A stretch of DNA of 32,000 nt from Nostoc sp. PCC 7120 = FACHB-418 (GTDB taxonomy: Bacteria; Cyanobacteriota; Cyanobacteriia; Cyanobacteriales; Nostocaceae), in assembly GCF_000009705.1 (NCBI RefSeq), contig NC_003272.1, positions 630,001 through 662,000 on the forward strand, given 5' to 3'. This document shows, one piece after another, positions 1 to 9,481 of the stretch. The stretch's first letter is position 1, and every line of letters begins with the position of its first letter. The notes under the pieces were generated by a model, which worked only from the letters and a program-made list of their open reading frames with translations, made no database searches and had not been told where the DNA came from. The translations under genes and the position numbers were made by a program.

Positions 1-2966
1 CCTACGAAGCGAAAACTCAAGAAATTGCTAGACAATTATTAGGAGCAACTCAAGAAAATCGCTCGTTTTTTGCTTCTTTACGTGATCAAATGCGTTGGGA
101 TGACAAATTACTGGCTTGGGCGATGAGTAATCCCGGTTTACGGGTGCAATTATTTCGGTTTATTGATACTTTACCCGCATTGCATAGTAAAGCGGAAATT
201 GCTGCACATTTACAAGAATATTTAGGGGATGAATCTGTCGAACTTCCCGCCGCTTTAAAGGGAATGCTCAATTTTGCTAACCCTGACTCTGTGCCGGGAC
301 AAGTGGCTGCAACTACCGTCTCTACAGCAGTTGAGACTTTAGCTCATAAATATATTTCTGGTGAAAATATTAAACAAGTCATCAAGACAGTTGAACGACT
401 ACGGAAAGAAAAAATGGCCTTCACCATTGATTTACTTGGTGAGGCGGTAATTACAGAAACAGAGGCGCAATCTTATCTAGAACGGTATCTAGAATTAATT
501 GCTCAATTAACAGAAGCATCGAAGAATTGGGGAACTATTGCGGCTATTGATGAAGCAGATGGCGAACAGCTAGCAAAAGTCCAGGTTTCTGTCAAACTAA
601 CAGCGTTTTATTCCCAATTTGACCCATTGGATGCTAAAGGTAGTGAGGAGAAAGTTAGCGATCGCATTCGTATTTTATTACGTCGTGCTAAGGAGTTAGG
701 GGCAGCTATCCATTTTGATATGGAACAGTATGCTTATAAAGACTTAACTTTAAATATTTTGCAAAAAATCTTATTAGAAGATGAGTTTCGTCAACGCACA
801 GATATTGGCATCACAATTCAAGCATACCTAAGAGATAGTGAGCAAGATGCCAGAAATGCGATCGCTTGGTTGAAACAGCGCGGTTATCCTTTAACTATTA
901 GGCTGGTAAAAGGGGCGTATTGGGATCAAGAAACTATTAAAGCTGCACAAAAACATTGGCCGCAGCCTGTTTTTAATGATAAAGCAGCGACAGATGCCAA
1001 TTTTGAGGCGATAACTCAGTTATTACTGGAAAATCACCAATATGTTTATTCTGCCATTGGTAGCCATAATGTGCGATCGCAAGCTTTAGCTATGGCAATT
1101 GCGGAAACTTTGAATGTCCCCCGGCGGCGGTTTGAGATGCAGGTGCTGTACGGGATGGGGGATAAGTTAGCGAAGGCTTTGGTTGATCGGGGTTATCGGG
1201 TGCGGGTTTATTGTCCTTATGGTGACTTATTACCGGGGATGGCTTACCTGATTCGGCGATTGTTGGAAAATACGGCGAATAGTTCGTTTTTACGGCAGAA
1301 TTTGGAGAATCGGCCGGTTGAGGAGTTGCTGGCAGCGCCGAAAGTTGATTTAGCCCAGGCAAAGGTGCATTCGCCGGAGGCATTCCCACAGGGTAAACAC
1401 TTTGTGGGGGCTGCGGATACAGATTATGCAGAGGAGGAGGACAGAACAAAGGCGGCGCGGGCTTTTGCTGTGGTACGTGGGGAGTTAGGCAAGACTTACT
1501 TACCTCTAATTAATGGGGAGTATGTGCAGACTGCTGAGGTGATTGATTCTGTTAATCCTTCTAATTTTAGTGAGGTGATTGGCAAGGTTGGATTGATTAG
1601 TGTGGAACAGGCAGAACAGGCGATGCAGGCGGCGAAGGCGGCTTTTCCTGGTTGGCGGCGCACGTCGGTGAAGGAACGGGCGGGGATTTTGCGTCGGGCT
1701 GGTGATTTGATGGAACAGCGCCGGGCGGAATTGTCGGCTTGGATAGTTTTAGAGGTGGGGAAACCTGTTAAAGAAGCAGATGGGGAGGTTTCGGAGGCGA
1801 TAGATTTTTGCCGCTATTATGCTGATGAGATGGAACGGTTGCATCAAGGTATAAATTATGATGTAGATGGGGAAACGAATCGTTATATTTACCAGCCACG
1901 GGGTATTGTGGTAGTGATTTCTCCTTGGAATTTTCCTTTAGCGATCGCCTGTGGAATGACTGTTGCAGCCTTAGTTACAGGCAATTGTACTCTGCTAAAG
2001 CCTGCGGAAACTTCTTCTGTCATTACTGCCAAACTAACGGAAATTTTGGTAGAGGCTGGCATTCCTAAAGGTGTCTTTCAATACGTCCCTGGTAAGGGTT
2101 CTCAAGTCGGTGCTTACTTGGTAAGTCATCCTGATACTCATCTGATTGCTTTTACAGGTTCTCAGGAAGTTGGTTGTCGGATTTACGCCGAAGCCGCTAC
2201 CCTGAAACCCCAACAAAGGCACATGAAGCGGGTAATTGCGGAAATGGGCGGGAAGAATGCCATCATTGTGGATGAAAGTGCTGATTTAGACCAAGCTGTT
2301 GTTGGGGTAGTGCAGTCAGCCTTTGGTTACAGTGGACAAAAATGTTCTGCTTGTTCGCGGGTGGTGGTAGTAGAAGCAATTTATGATGCTTTTATCCACC
2401 GGGTGGTGGAAGCGACAAAATCCTTAAATATTGGCGAGGCGGAGTTACCAAGTACCCAAGTCGGCCCTGTGATTGATGCTAATGCGCGCGATCGCATCCG
2501 CGAGTATATTGAGAAGGGTAAGGCAGAATCTCAGGTGGCGTTGGAATTAAGCGCACCCAACCACGGCTATTTTGTCGGGCCTGTCATCTTTGGGGAAGTT
2601 CCACCTCATGGCACAATAGCCCAGCAGGAAATTTTCGGCCCTGTGCTGGCGGTAATCAAAGCCAAAGATTTTGCCCAAGCTTTAGCTATTGCTAATGATA
2701 CCGACTACGCCTTGACTGGAGGGCTTTATTCCCGCACACCTTCCCATATTCAACAAGCCCAGGAAGAGTTTGAAGTGGGTAACTTATATATCAACCGTAA
2801 CATCACAGGGGCGATCGTTGCGAGACAGCCTTTCGGTGGCTTTAAGCTTTCCGGTGTCGGTTCCAAAGCAGGCGGCCCTGATTATCTGTTGCAATTCCTC
2901 GAACCAAGGACAATCACAGAAAACATTCAGCGCCAAGGTTTTGCACCCATTGAAGGTGCAGAATAA
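1..2966 (+). CDS. putA: Bifunctional proline dehydrogenase / 1-pyrroline-5-carboxylate dehydrogenase (PutA type), 5' end outside the window
   Basis: The frame of ORF 90..2966 stays open back to base 3 (YEAKTQEIARQLLGATQENRSFFASLRDQ precedes the ATG at 90), so the true start is upstream of the window. The N-terminal half has proline-dehydrogenase barrel stretches (LTIRLVKGAYWDQE, VLYGMGD, CPYGDLLPGMAYLIRRLLENTANSSF). The C-terminal half is an aldehyde-dehydrogenase fold with catalytic Glu/Cys motifs EMGGKN and GQKCSACSR. Confidence 0.9.
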   Translation, partial: YEAKTQEIARQLLGATQENRSFFASLRDQMRWDDKLLAWAMSNPGLRVQLFRFIDTLPALHSKAEIAAHLQEYLGDESVELPAALKGMLNFANPDSVPGQVAATTVSTAVETLAHKYISGENIKQVIKTVERLRKEKMAFTIDLLGEAVITETEAQSYLERYLELIAQLTEASKNWGTIAAIDEADGEQLAKVQVSVKLTAFYSQFDPLDAKGSEEKVSDRIRILLRRAKELGAAIHFDMEQYAYKDLTLNILQKILLEDEFRQRTDIGITIQAYLRDSEQDARNAIAWLKQRGYPLTIRLVKGAYWDQETIKAAQKHWPQPVFNDKAATDANFEAITQLLLENHQYVYSAIGSHNVRSQALAMAIAETLNVPRRRFEMQVLYGMGDKLAKALVDRGYRVRVYCPYGDLLPGMAYLIRRLLENTANSSFLRQNLENRPVEELLAAPKVDLAQAKVHSPEAFPQGKHFVGAADTDYAEEEDRTKAARAFAVVRGELGKTYLPLINGEYVQTAEVIDSVNPSNFSEVIGKVGLISVEQAEQAMQAAKAAFPGWRRTSVKERAGILRRAGDLMEQRRAELSAWIVLEVGKPVKEADGEVSEAIDFCRYYADEMERLHQGINYDVDGETNRYIYQPRGIVVVISPWNFPLAIACGMTVAALVTGNCTLLKPAETSSVITAKLTEILVEAGIPKGVFQYVPGKGSQVGAYLVSHPDTHLIAFTGSQEVGCRIYAEAATLKPQQRHMKRVIAEMGGKNAIIVDESADLDQAVVGVVQSAFGYSGQKCSACSRVVVVEAIYDAFIHRVVEATKSLNIGEAELPSTQVGPVIDANARDRIREYIEKGKAESQVALELSAPNHGYFVGPVIFGEVPPHGTIAQQEIFGPVLAVIKAKDFAQALAIANDTDYALTGGLYSRTPSHIQQAQEEFEVGNLYINRNITGAIVARQPFGGFKLSGVGSKAGGPDYLLQFLEPRTITENIQRQGFAPIEGAE

Positions 2967-3024
2967 GCTATAAAAATAGGTGGGGCAAATGCCCTACCTG
3001 TATTTATTTATAGATAAATTTGTA

Positions 3025-3462
3025 ATGTCAGATGTCATAATTAGAGTTGCGAAATTACCTGAAGAATTTCCGGTAGTTGCAACAATTAGGAAAATCGTGT
3101 TTCAGGAAGAACAAGGAGTAGATACCGCTTTAGAATTTGATGGTAAAGACGATATTTGTGAGCATTTAATCGCCTACTTAGATAATCAAGCGGTAGGTAC
3201 TGCCAGACTTAGATATTTAGATGATAAAACTGTAAAAATAGAAAGATTGGCTGTTTTATCCATAGCTAGAAGGCAGGGAATCGGTCAGAAAATTATGGAG
3301 GAAGCATTAGAATTTATCGTTCATAAAAATATGACTGAAGTTGTAGTTTATGCCCAATTGTATATAAAATCTTTGTATCAAAAATTAAATTTTATTGAAG
3401 TTGGAGAAATATTTTTAGAAGCAGGCATTCCCCATATAGAGATGAGAATGAGCTTATCCTGA
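3025..3462 (+). CDS. GNAT family N-acetyltransferase
   Basis: The ORF is open from GTG 2980, with alternative starts at ATG 2989 and ATG 3025. I chose 3025 (MSDVIIRVA...), which gives a typical ~145-aa GNAT. The acetyl-CoA motif A is present as IERLAVLSIARRQGIGQKIMEEAL. It lies directly downstream of putA on the same strand. Confidence 0.8.
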   Translation: MSDVIIRVAKLPEEFPVVATIRKIVFQEEQGVDTALEFDGKDDICEHLIAYLDNQAVGTARLRYLDDKTVKIERLAVLSIARRQGIGQKIMEEALEFIVHKNMTEVVVYAQLYIKSLYQKLNFIEVGEIFLEAGIPHIEMRMSLS

Positions 3463-3607
3463 TGGGAAACTGAACTATTGCCCGATAAATTCCATCTGCA
3501 TATTTATAGCTGGGGACTAGGGACTGGGTGAAAAGTCTTTTTGTGTCTAGGTTGTATCATCTATTAATGTCCTTAACACTACGGGCGACAGCTATAACTA
3601 TTCCGGA

Positions 3608-5329
3608 TCAAATTTCTTGATCTGGCAGAAATAAAGTGAATTGACTCCCCACACCGACAGTAGAGGTTACCGTCACATCACCACCATGCAGCCGTGCTAA
3701 TTTCCGCGTCAAAGCTAAACCTAACCCAGTGCCTTCATACTGACGATTTAACCGACTATCTAGTTGTTTAAATGGTTCAAATAATAATGGAAATTGATTT
3801 GAATCAATGCCAATTCCTGTATCCGAGATAATAAAATTAATCCCTTCAGGCACTCTTTTGACAATTAAAGATACTTCGCCTACCGAAGTGAATTTAATTG
3901 CATTCGTGAGTAGATTAAGGAGCATTTGCTTAATCCGGCGGTCATCGGCTATGCAAATATTAGCCTCTGGATCAATCTCTTGAGTAAGTTTTAAGCCTTT
4001 GGAGATAGCGCGATCGCGTACTGTTAATAAAACATCATTACACACATCTATTACTAGCAAAGGAATGAGGAATAACTCCTCTTTACCTGCTTCCACCTTT
4101 GATAAATCTAAAATATCATTAATCAGCGCCAGCAGGTGTTCGCCACTGCTGTAAATACAATTTATATATTCTTGTTGTTTTTCATTGAGAGAGCCGACTA
4201 TTTCTTGTTGTAATAACTGTGACAATCCCATAATGGCATTAAGTGGTGTCCGCAGTTCATGACTCATCGTCGCTAAAAATTCACTTTTGGCACGGCTACC
4301 AGCTTCGGCTGCTGCTTGGGAAGCGCGCAGTTTCATTTCTGTTTGTTTCCGCTCAGTAATATCATCAATAATTGCCAAAAAATATTCTGGTTCACCGGAA
4401 GAACCTGGAATTACAGAAACAGACAACCTAGCCCAAACTAACCTACCATCTCGATGCAAAAAAGCTCTTTCGATTTCCAGGTGTGGTTTTTCATGGCGTT
4501 GTTGAGCATCTATACAAATTTCGGTCATCAGTTGCTTATAACGTTCTACATCCCCCCTTTGCTGGGAAATATAATCTGTAAAACTTTTACCACATAATTC
4601 TTCTCGTTGGTATCCCAATATTTGGCACAAAGCAGGATTCGCATCCACTATCTGAGCTTTCATATCAACAAGTCCAATACCAATAGAGGAAAGTTCAAAA
4701 ATGGCTCGGAATTGTGCTTCGCTCTTTCGTAGTGCTTCTTGAGCGATATTACGCTCTTTGGTCTCCATCGCTAAAGAGACAAAATCAGCAATTGAGCCTG
4801 CAAAATTTTCTTCATCTACAGTCCACTGGCGTAATTCACCACAGTGTTCGTGAAACACTACTCCTACTAAACGACCACCTACCCAAATGGGGGCATCAAG
4901 CAAAGATACAACTCCAGAAACAGACAGATAAGTTGCAGATAACTCCTGAGTTCTTTTATCGTTAATGGCATCATATACAGCAATGCTGCGTTCTTCTTCC
5001 AATGTTTGGAAGTAAACTGGATAACTCTCCTTTAATAGAGACTGGCCAGAACTATGAATTTGCTGGTTGACATCATATAAATCGATACACTCAATGGCTG
5101 AAGCATCTTGGTTGTATAACCACACGCTAACTCGTGCAACTAAAAGCGTCTGAGCAGCAGCTTCTGTGATTTCCTGTAACACAGCATTGAGAGGCCCTTG
5201 CTGGAATGTTTTGCTTCTTGCCAATTGCACTAGGGTCTGGTTTTGTTTGCGGCGCACGCTTTCTGTGATTCGCATACCCTCTTGATTTGCCTGGCTTGCT
5301 GTAATATCTTTAACCACTACCACCTGCAT
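3608..5329 (-). CDS. Sensor histidine kinase, GAF-PAS-HisKA-HATPase architecture
   Basis: 573-aa ORF with an N-terminal GAF-like region, a PAS segment (SEAQFRAIFELSSIGIGLVD ... IIDDITERKQTE), H-box SHELRTPLNAIMG, N-box LLNLLTNAIKFT, and G-boxes DTGIGI and GTGLGLALTRKLARLHGG. There is no transmembrane segment and no receiver domain. Confidence 0.9.
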   Translation of the reverse strand: MQVVVVKDITASQANQEGMRITESVRRKQNQTLVQLARSKTFQQGPLNAVLQEITEAAAQTLLVARVSVWLYNQDASAIECIDLYDVNQQIHSSGQSLLKESYPVYFQTLEEERSIAVYDAINDKRTQELSATYLSVSGVVSLLDAPIWVGGRLVGVVFHEHCGELRQWTVDEENFAGSIADFVSLAMETKERNIAQEALRKSEAQFRAIFELSSIGIGLVDMKAQIVDANPALCQILGYQREELCGKSFTDYISQQRGDVERYKQLMTEICIDAQQRHEKPHLEIERAFLHRDGRLVWARLSVSVIPGSSGEPEYFLAIIDDITERKQTEMKLRASQAAAEAGSRAKSEFLATMSHELRTPLNAIMGLSQLLQQEIVGSLNEKQQEYINCIYSSGEHLLALINDILDLSKVEAGKEELFLIPLLVIDVCNDVLLTVRDRAISKGLKLTQEIDPEANICIADDRRIKQMLLNLLTNAIKFTSVGEVSLIVKRVPEGINFIISDTGIGIDSNQFPLLFEPFKQLDSRLNRQYEGTGLGLALTRKLARLHGGDVTVTSTVGVGSQFTLFLPDQEI

Positions 5330-5772
5330 GTGTTATTCCTGGAAAGAAATCACTTTGCCTTGCAGTTCTTTATATAAAATAGAACTGTTTTTATAGATAC
5401 AATTACGAGATAACGTTTTACATATCTGGAAAATCTTTTTTTCTTAAAGGTGATATTTTATAAGATAAAAAATTGAACAAGATTTGGTATCATCTGTTCC
5501 GCAGTTTCATCATTTATAACTATAATCGCCACAATGGGAGTAAGCGATCATACTGAAACAAAAAGTTTAAAGTTTTTATAACTTGATCATAATAAATTTA
5601 ACATAAGTAAATTTATTACTGAGGTAGCTAAGGCAATTCAAACAAATATGTAATGCTTGCGATTTCACTATTTTGATTTTCGCCACATAATCTCCCCTGA
5701 AGAAAGATACCCCAGAAGTAGAAGTCTGTAACAATTGAATTAAGAACACAGATGCTGTTGTAGAGGTGTCTA

Positions 5773-6699
5773 ATGGAAAATAGTAGTGTGAGAATTGTAT
5801 CTCTGATTCCTAGTGCAACAGAGATTTTAGCAAACTTGGGTTTGAGTGATGCTATTGTTGGGCGATCGCATGAATGTGATTATCCCCCAGAAATCCAAAA
5901 TCGTCCAATTTGTACGCAAGCACGGTTAAATAGTCAGGCTGCCAGCAGCGAGATTCATCATGAAGTGAATAATTTACTGCAATCTGCGCTGAGTATTTAT
6001 CAGGTAAAGTTAGAGGTTTTGGAGCAATTACAACCTACCCATATTTTGACACAAGACCAGTGTGATGTCTGTGCAGTCAGCCTTAAAGATGTAGAAAAAG
6101 CCGTTAAGGAACTTACCCAAAGTTCTCCCCAAATCATTTCATTACAACCTAATTTGCTTGAGGATGTATGGCAGGATATTGAGCGCGTAGCTCATATCTT
6201 TGGTGTAGACTCAGTAAAAATATTAGATAACTTAGAGGCCCGTGTCAAAATTTGTCAACAAAAAATTCAAGGCCTTTCTCTAGAAGAAGTACCTACGGTG
6301 GCTTGTATCGAGTGGACAGACCCACTTATGGCCGCAGCGAATTGGATTCCTGAATTAGTCAACTTAGCTGGGGGACAAACACTATTTTCCCTTATCGGTC
6401 AGCCTTCTCCACATCTGGAATGGGATAATTTGTTAGTTAGTAATCCAGATATTATAATTTTCATGCCTTGTGGCTTTAACCTACAACGAACTCGTCAAGA
6501 AGCCCAATTATTCACTCAAAACCCAGAATGGAAAAAACTCCACGCCAGCCAAACTGGTAGAGTTTACATTGCTGATGGTAATTCCTATTTCAACCGTCCA
6601 GGGCCCCGACTGGTAGATTCTCTAGAAATATTGTCCGAGATTTTACATCCAGAAATTTTTGATTATGGTTACAAAGGTACTGCTTGGGAACCTTTATAA
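5773..6699 (+). CDS. Class III periplasmic-binding-protein fold (BtuF/FecB-like 'cobalamin-binding protein' type), no signal peptide
   Basis: 308-aa ORF. It has RIVSLIPSATEILANLGLSDAIVGRSHECDYP near the N-terminus and YFNRPGPRLVDSLEILSEILHP near the C-terminus, the pattern of TroA/BtuF-like binding proteins. The N-terminus is not hydrophobic, so the protein is probably cytoplasmic. Confidence 0.65.
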   Translation: MENSSVRIVSLIPSATEILANLGLSDAIVGRSHECDYPPEIQNRPICTQARLNSQAASSEIHHEVNNLLQSALSIYQVKLEVLEQLQPTHILTQDQCDVCAVSLKDVEKAVKELTQSSPQIISLQPNLLEDVWQDIERVAHIFGVDSVKILDNLEARVKICQQKIQGLSLEEVPTVACIEWTDPLMAAANWIPELVNLAGGQTLFSLIGQPSPHLEWDNLLVSNPDIIIFMPCGFNLQRTRQEAQLFTQNPEWKKLHASQTGRVYIADGNSYFNRPGPRLVDSLEILSEILHPEIFDYGYKGTAWEPL

Positions 6700-7020
6700 A
6701 GAAGCTGCTTGATTTAGCCATTCAATCAGCATTTTTAAGCTATGAGGTAATGCTGCTTCACCAACAATTATCGTGTGCGTTTTACCATTATCTTCTAAAG
6801 TTATCTGATACTGAAAGCGATCGCTTGGCGTGGGGTTTAGCTCATAGCTGACTGTGGGTCGAACCCCATCACCTTGAAGTGTTGGTAGTTGAAATAAATT
6901 TGCTGCTGTCACCAGTCGGCATAGTTCCTCAGCCTTTTGCTGCGATAGTTGACTTGTATCAATATTAATTCTCTTACTAATCCCCGCAAAGCCGCCTGTG
7001 CGTTCCAATAATACCCGCAT
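6694..7020 (-). CDS. Small protein resembling the emfourin family (protein inhibitor of M4 protealysin-like metalloproteases)
   Basis: 108-aa ORF. The N-terminus MRVLLERTGGFAGISKRINIDTSQL matches the R-x-GGFAG ... DT signature I recall for emfourin-like proteins. This is followed by SDRFQYQITLEDNGKTHTI (the D-x-F-x-Y-x-I block). The coding call is firmer than the family call. Confidence 0.5.
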   Translation of the reverse strand: MRVLLERTGGFAGISKRINIDTSQLSQQKAEELCRLVTAANLFQLPTLQGDGVRPTVSYELNPTPSDRFQYQITLEDNGKTHTIIVGEAALPHSLKMLIEWLNQAASL

Positions 7021-7194
7021 TTAAATCAGACCGGAAGATAATATTTTCACCTCCCAGTTTAACAGTTTCGCGTAATTTCCCTTCCTCAACAGATAGGTAG
7101 GGAAGGGATGCCAGCGAATTAGAGTAAAGAAAAGAGAAAATTTATATTCATGCTGAAAGCGATCGCCTTCTTTCTACAATTGATCAGGATCAAT

Positions 7195-7229
7195 TGACCA
7201 ATGACCAATGACCAATGACTAATGACGAT
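7195..7229. repeat. STRR2-type heptamer array, (TGACCAA)3 then TGACTAA, TGACGAT
   Basis: Five tandem 7-nt units read directly from the sequence. TGACCAA is the reverse complement of the cyanobacterial STRR2 unit TTGGTCA. The array overlaps the start codon of the next gene. Confidence 0.85.
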
Positions 7230-7829
7230 CGCTATATTATTTTTCATAAACCCTACGGTGTCCTGAGCCAGTTTACTCAGGAATCGCCTAAGCATATAAC
7301 TCTTAAAGATTATATTGATGTACCCGATGTTTATCCTGTGGGGAGATTGGATTGGGATAGTGAAGGGTTACTATTATTAACCAATAATGGCAGGTTGCAA
7401 CATCGGCTTTCTGATCCGCGTTTTGGTCATGAGCGGACTTACTGGGTACAGGTAGAGCGTATTCCTGATGAGGAGGCTATCAGCAAGCTACAAACAGGGG
7501 TGGAGATTCGAGATTATCGCACGCGGCCAGCAAAAGTTGGATTATTACCAGAATATCCGCCTGTGGGCGATCGCCAACCACCTATAAGATTTCGCAAAAA
7601 TGTTCCCACTGCTTGGTTAGAAATGACTTTGACTGAAGGGAAAAATCGTCAAGTCCGGCGCATGACTGCGGCTGTGGGGTTTCCGACTTTGCGGTTAGTA
7701 CGGGTCAGTATAGGTCATTTACGCTTGGATGGTCTGGCTTTAGGTGAGTGGCGTGATCTCACTTCCTTGGAACTTAAGTTACTGCATGATTCGTCTCAGA
7801 GTCGAGGGATAGGCAAATTTCCTAGTTAA
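7215..7829 (+). CDS. Pseudouridine synthase, RsuA/RluE family
   Basis: 204-aa ORF. It carries KPYGVLSQF, the catalytic-Asp motif [19 protein letters not shown], and the C-terminal GKNRQVRRM motif typical of the RsuA/RluB/RluE family. It lacks an S4 domain, as RluE does. Confidence 0.85.
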   Translation: MTNDDRYIIFHKPYGVLSQFTQESPKHITLKDYIDVPDVYPVGRLDWDSEGLLLLTNNGRLQHRLSDPRFGHERTYWVQVERIPDEEAISKLQTGVEIRDYRTRPAKVGLLPEYPPVGDRQPPIRFRKNVPTAWLEMTLTEGKNRQVRRMTAAVGFPTLRLVRVSIGHLRLDGLALGEWRDLTSLELKLLHDSSQSRGIGKFPS

Positions 7830-7969
7830 ACTTTGTAAACAGTTGCAGGAATAAGCTAGTAATCATTTGAAGTTGAACAAAAGGCACAAGACTTTTTATT
7901 TGGCAAAAAAAGAATTTAAAATTTGTTGTTTCCCATTCACTTCAGCCCTTGAGCGTCAGTTTAAACCTT

Positions 7970-9349
7970 ATGAGCCTGAATCAGCGATCACCTACGGTGG
8001 GCGGAACGCCATCGCTCTGGCATCAAACTCACACACCACAAACTATTTTGCCCAAAACTCCTGTGTACTTGGAAACAGCGACGGAATTAGCTTCTCATCA
8101 AGAGTTTGACACAGCAGCGAAACTCCATCGCACGGAAGAAGAATTGCGATGGTATCGCATGATGTACGATAATATACCTACTATATATTTCAGTTTGGAT
8201 GCGGCTGGGCTAATTTTAACTGTCAATCATTTCGGAGCGAATTTTCTAGGATACACACCAGAACAATTGTTACAACAGCCCATTGCTCAATTATTTGCTC
8301 AATCAGACCAAGCAAGACTGTCTAATGCTGTCATAAGTCTTTGCAAGACTGCGCCTCATGATGCTGTTAACTATGGCAATTTTCAGTTAAAAAAAATTAT
8401 CGACGGTATAAAATCTGTTAAGGTCACATTGCGACTAATACCTAATGAAGGAAAGTCTCTCGCCAAAAATTTGACGATTTTGATGCTTTGCGAGGCCATC
8501 ACCTCTCTAGAACCAGGCGTAGCAAGTCAAGAAGATGGGAATAATTTAGTTCAAAACTTACCACAACTGCAATCACATCCAGCTCAGTTAAAGGAACTAG
8601 AAAGCCTTAACCACTTGCAAGAAGAATTTTTTAGCACTGTTTCCCACGAACTGCGAACACCGCTAACTAATATGAAGATGGCGATTCAAATGCTGGGAAT
8701 TACGCTGCATCGGGAGCATAATTTGTTCTCGGCAACAACAAAACCAACAAATGAAGGCTCAAAAGCTGCTTGTTATTTTAATATTTTAGAAAATGAGTGC
8801 GATCGCCAAATAAATCTTATTAATAACTTCCTAGAATTACAGCGCCTCGATACTAACGCTAAACCTTGGGTACTAGAGACAATTCACATACCGCAATGGC
8901 TATGGCGTGTAGTGGAGGAATTTAAAAGCCGCAATTTCGATATTTGTAAGCAGAAATTACACATCAGCATCAGCCCTGCTCTGGCAACATTAACGTCCAA
9001 TCCGTGCAGCTTGGAACGCATTTTGATAGAACTGCTCACCAATGCGTGTAAATTTAGCCCGCCAGAGGGAGAAATTACAGTTACAGCCCAAATAAAATCT
9101 CAAAATATTCTTTTGCAAGTGATTAATTCTGGTGTAGAAATCCCTCAATCTGAATTACCCCACATTTTTGATAAATTTTATCGTATTCCCAGCAATGACC
9201 CCGGAAAGCAGGGAGGCACAGGACTAGGGTTGGCACTAGTACAAAAACTCATCAAACAATTAGGAGGAACAATAGAAGTAGAAAGCGGATCAAATCGTAC
9301 CTGTTTTAGTATCCAACTGGTGCTTCCACAACCCAAAATAGTTGAGTGA
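7970..9349 (+). CDS. Sensor histidine kinase, PAS-HisKA-HATPase
   Basis: The ORF is open from TTG 7949 and the first ATG is at 7970. It has a PAS-like segment after EEELRWYRMMYDNIPTIYFSLD, H-box SHELRTPLTNMKMA, N-box ILIELLTNACKFS and G-box GGTGLGLALVQKLIKQLGG. There is no adjacent response regulator. Confidence 0.85.
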   Translation: MSLNQRSPTVGGTPSLWHQTHTPQTILPKTPVYLETATELASHQEFDTAAKLHRTEEELRWYRMMYDNIPTIYFSLDAAGLILTVNHFGANFLGYTPEQLLQQPIAQLFAQSDQARLSNAVISLCKTAPHDAVNYGNFQLKKIIDGIKSVKVTLRLIPNEGKSLAKNLTILMLCEAITSLEPGVASQEDGNNLVQNLPQLQSHPAQLKELESLNHLQEEFFSTVSHELRTPLTNMKMAIQMLGITLHREHNLFSATTKPTNEGSKAACYFNILENECDRQINLINNFLELQRLDTNAKPWVLETIHIPQWLWRVVEEFKSRNFDICKQKLHISISPALATLTSNPCSLERILIELLTNACKFSPPEGEITVTAQIKSQNILLQVINSGVEIPQSELPHIFDKFYRIPSNDPGKQGGTGLGLALVQKLIKQLGGTIEVESGSNRTCFSIQLVLPQPKIVE

Positions 9350-9465
9350 AGGAAGTAGGGGCAGGGAGCAGAGGGAAAATATCTGACTCAAGACTCAGCA
9401 CCGACTAACCCCCGTTACAGCTCACAGCACTTATGACTCAGAACTCCCTACTTTCCAAAATAAAC

Positions 9466-9481
9466 TTGCAGATATCTGCAA
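9466..9481. promoter_or_regulatory. Perfect 16-bp palindrome TTGCAGATATCTGCAA, candidate operator upstream of the phosphatase/kinase genes
   Basis: Read directly from the sequence. It sits about 157 nt upstream of the ATG at 9638 in a 288-bp intergenic region. No binding protein can be assigned. Confidence 0.3.

Noticed and set aside
1090-1449. 119-aa Pro-rich antisense ORF inside putA (also 86..271, 2034..2222 and 2770..2973)
   Set aside because: These are shadow ORFs on the opposite strand, or out of frame, within a gene that has strong motif support. The low-complexity Pro/Ala content is what the complement of a G-ending-codon tract produces.
4287-4965. Plus-strand ORFs 4287..4505 and 4714..4965
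   Set aside because: They lie entirely inside the well-supported minus-strand histidine kinase gene and have no motifs or ribosome-binding sites.
5330-5772. Cobalamin riboswitch upstream of the BtuF-like gene
   Set aside because: I looked for a B12 box (AGYCMGGAGACCKGCC-like) and the GC-rich conserved core. The 440-bp region is extremely AT-rich and contains neither. Only an AT palindrome, AATAAATTTA-N7-TAAATTTATT (5591-5617), stands out, and that is weak evidence for anything.
7867-8109. 80-aa ORF overlapping the start of the second histidine kinase
   Set aside because: It has a TTG start, sits out of frame over the kinase N-terminus and has low-complexity content. The kinase frame explains the region.
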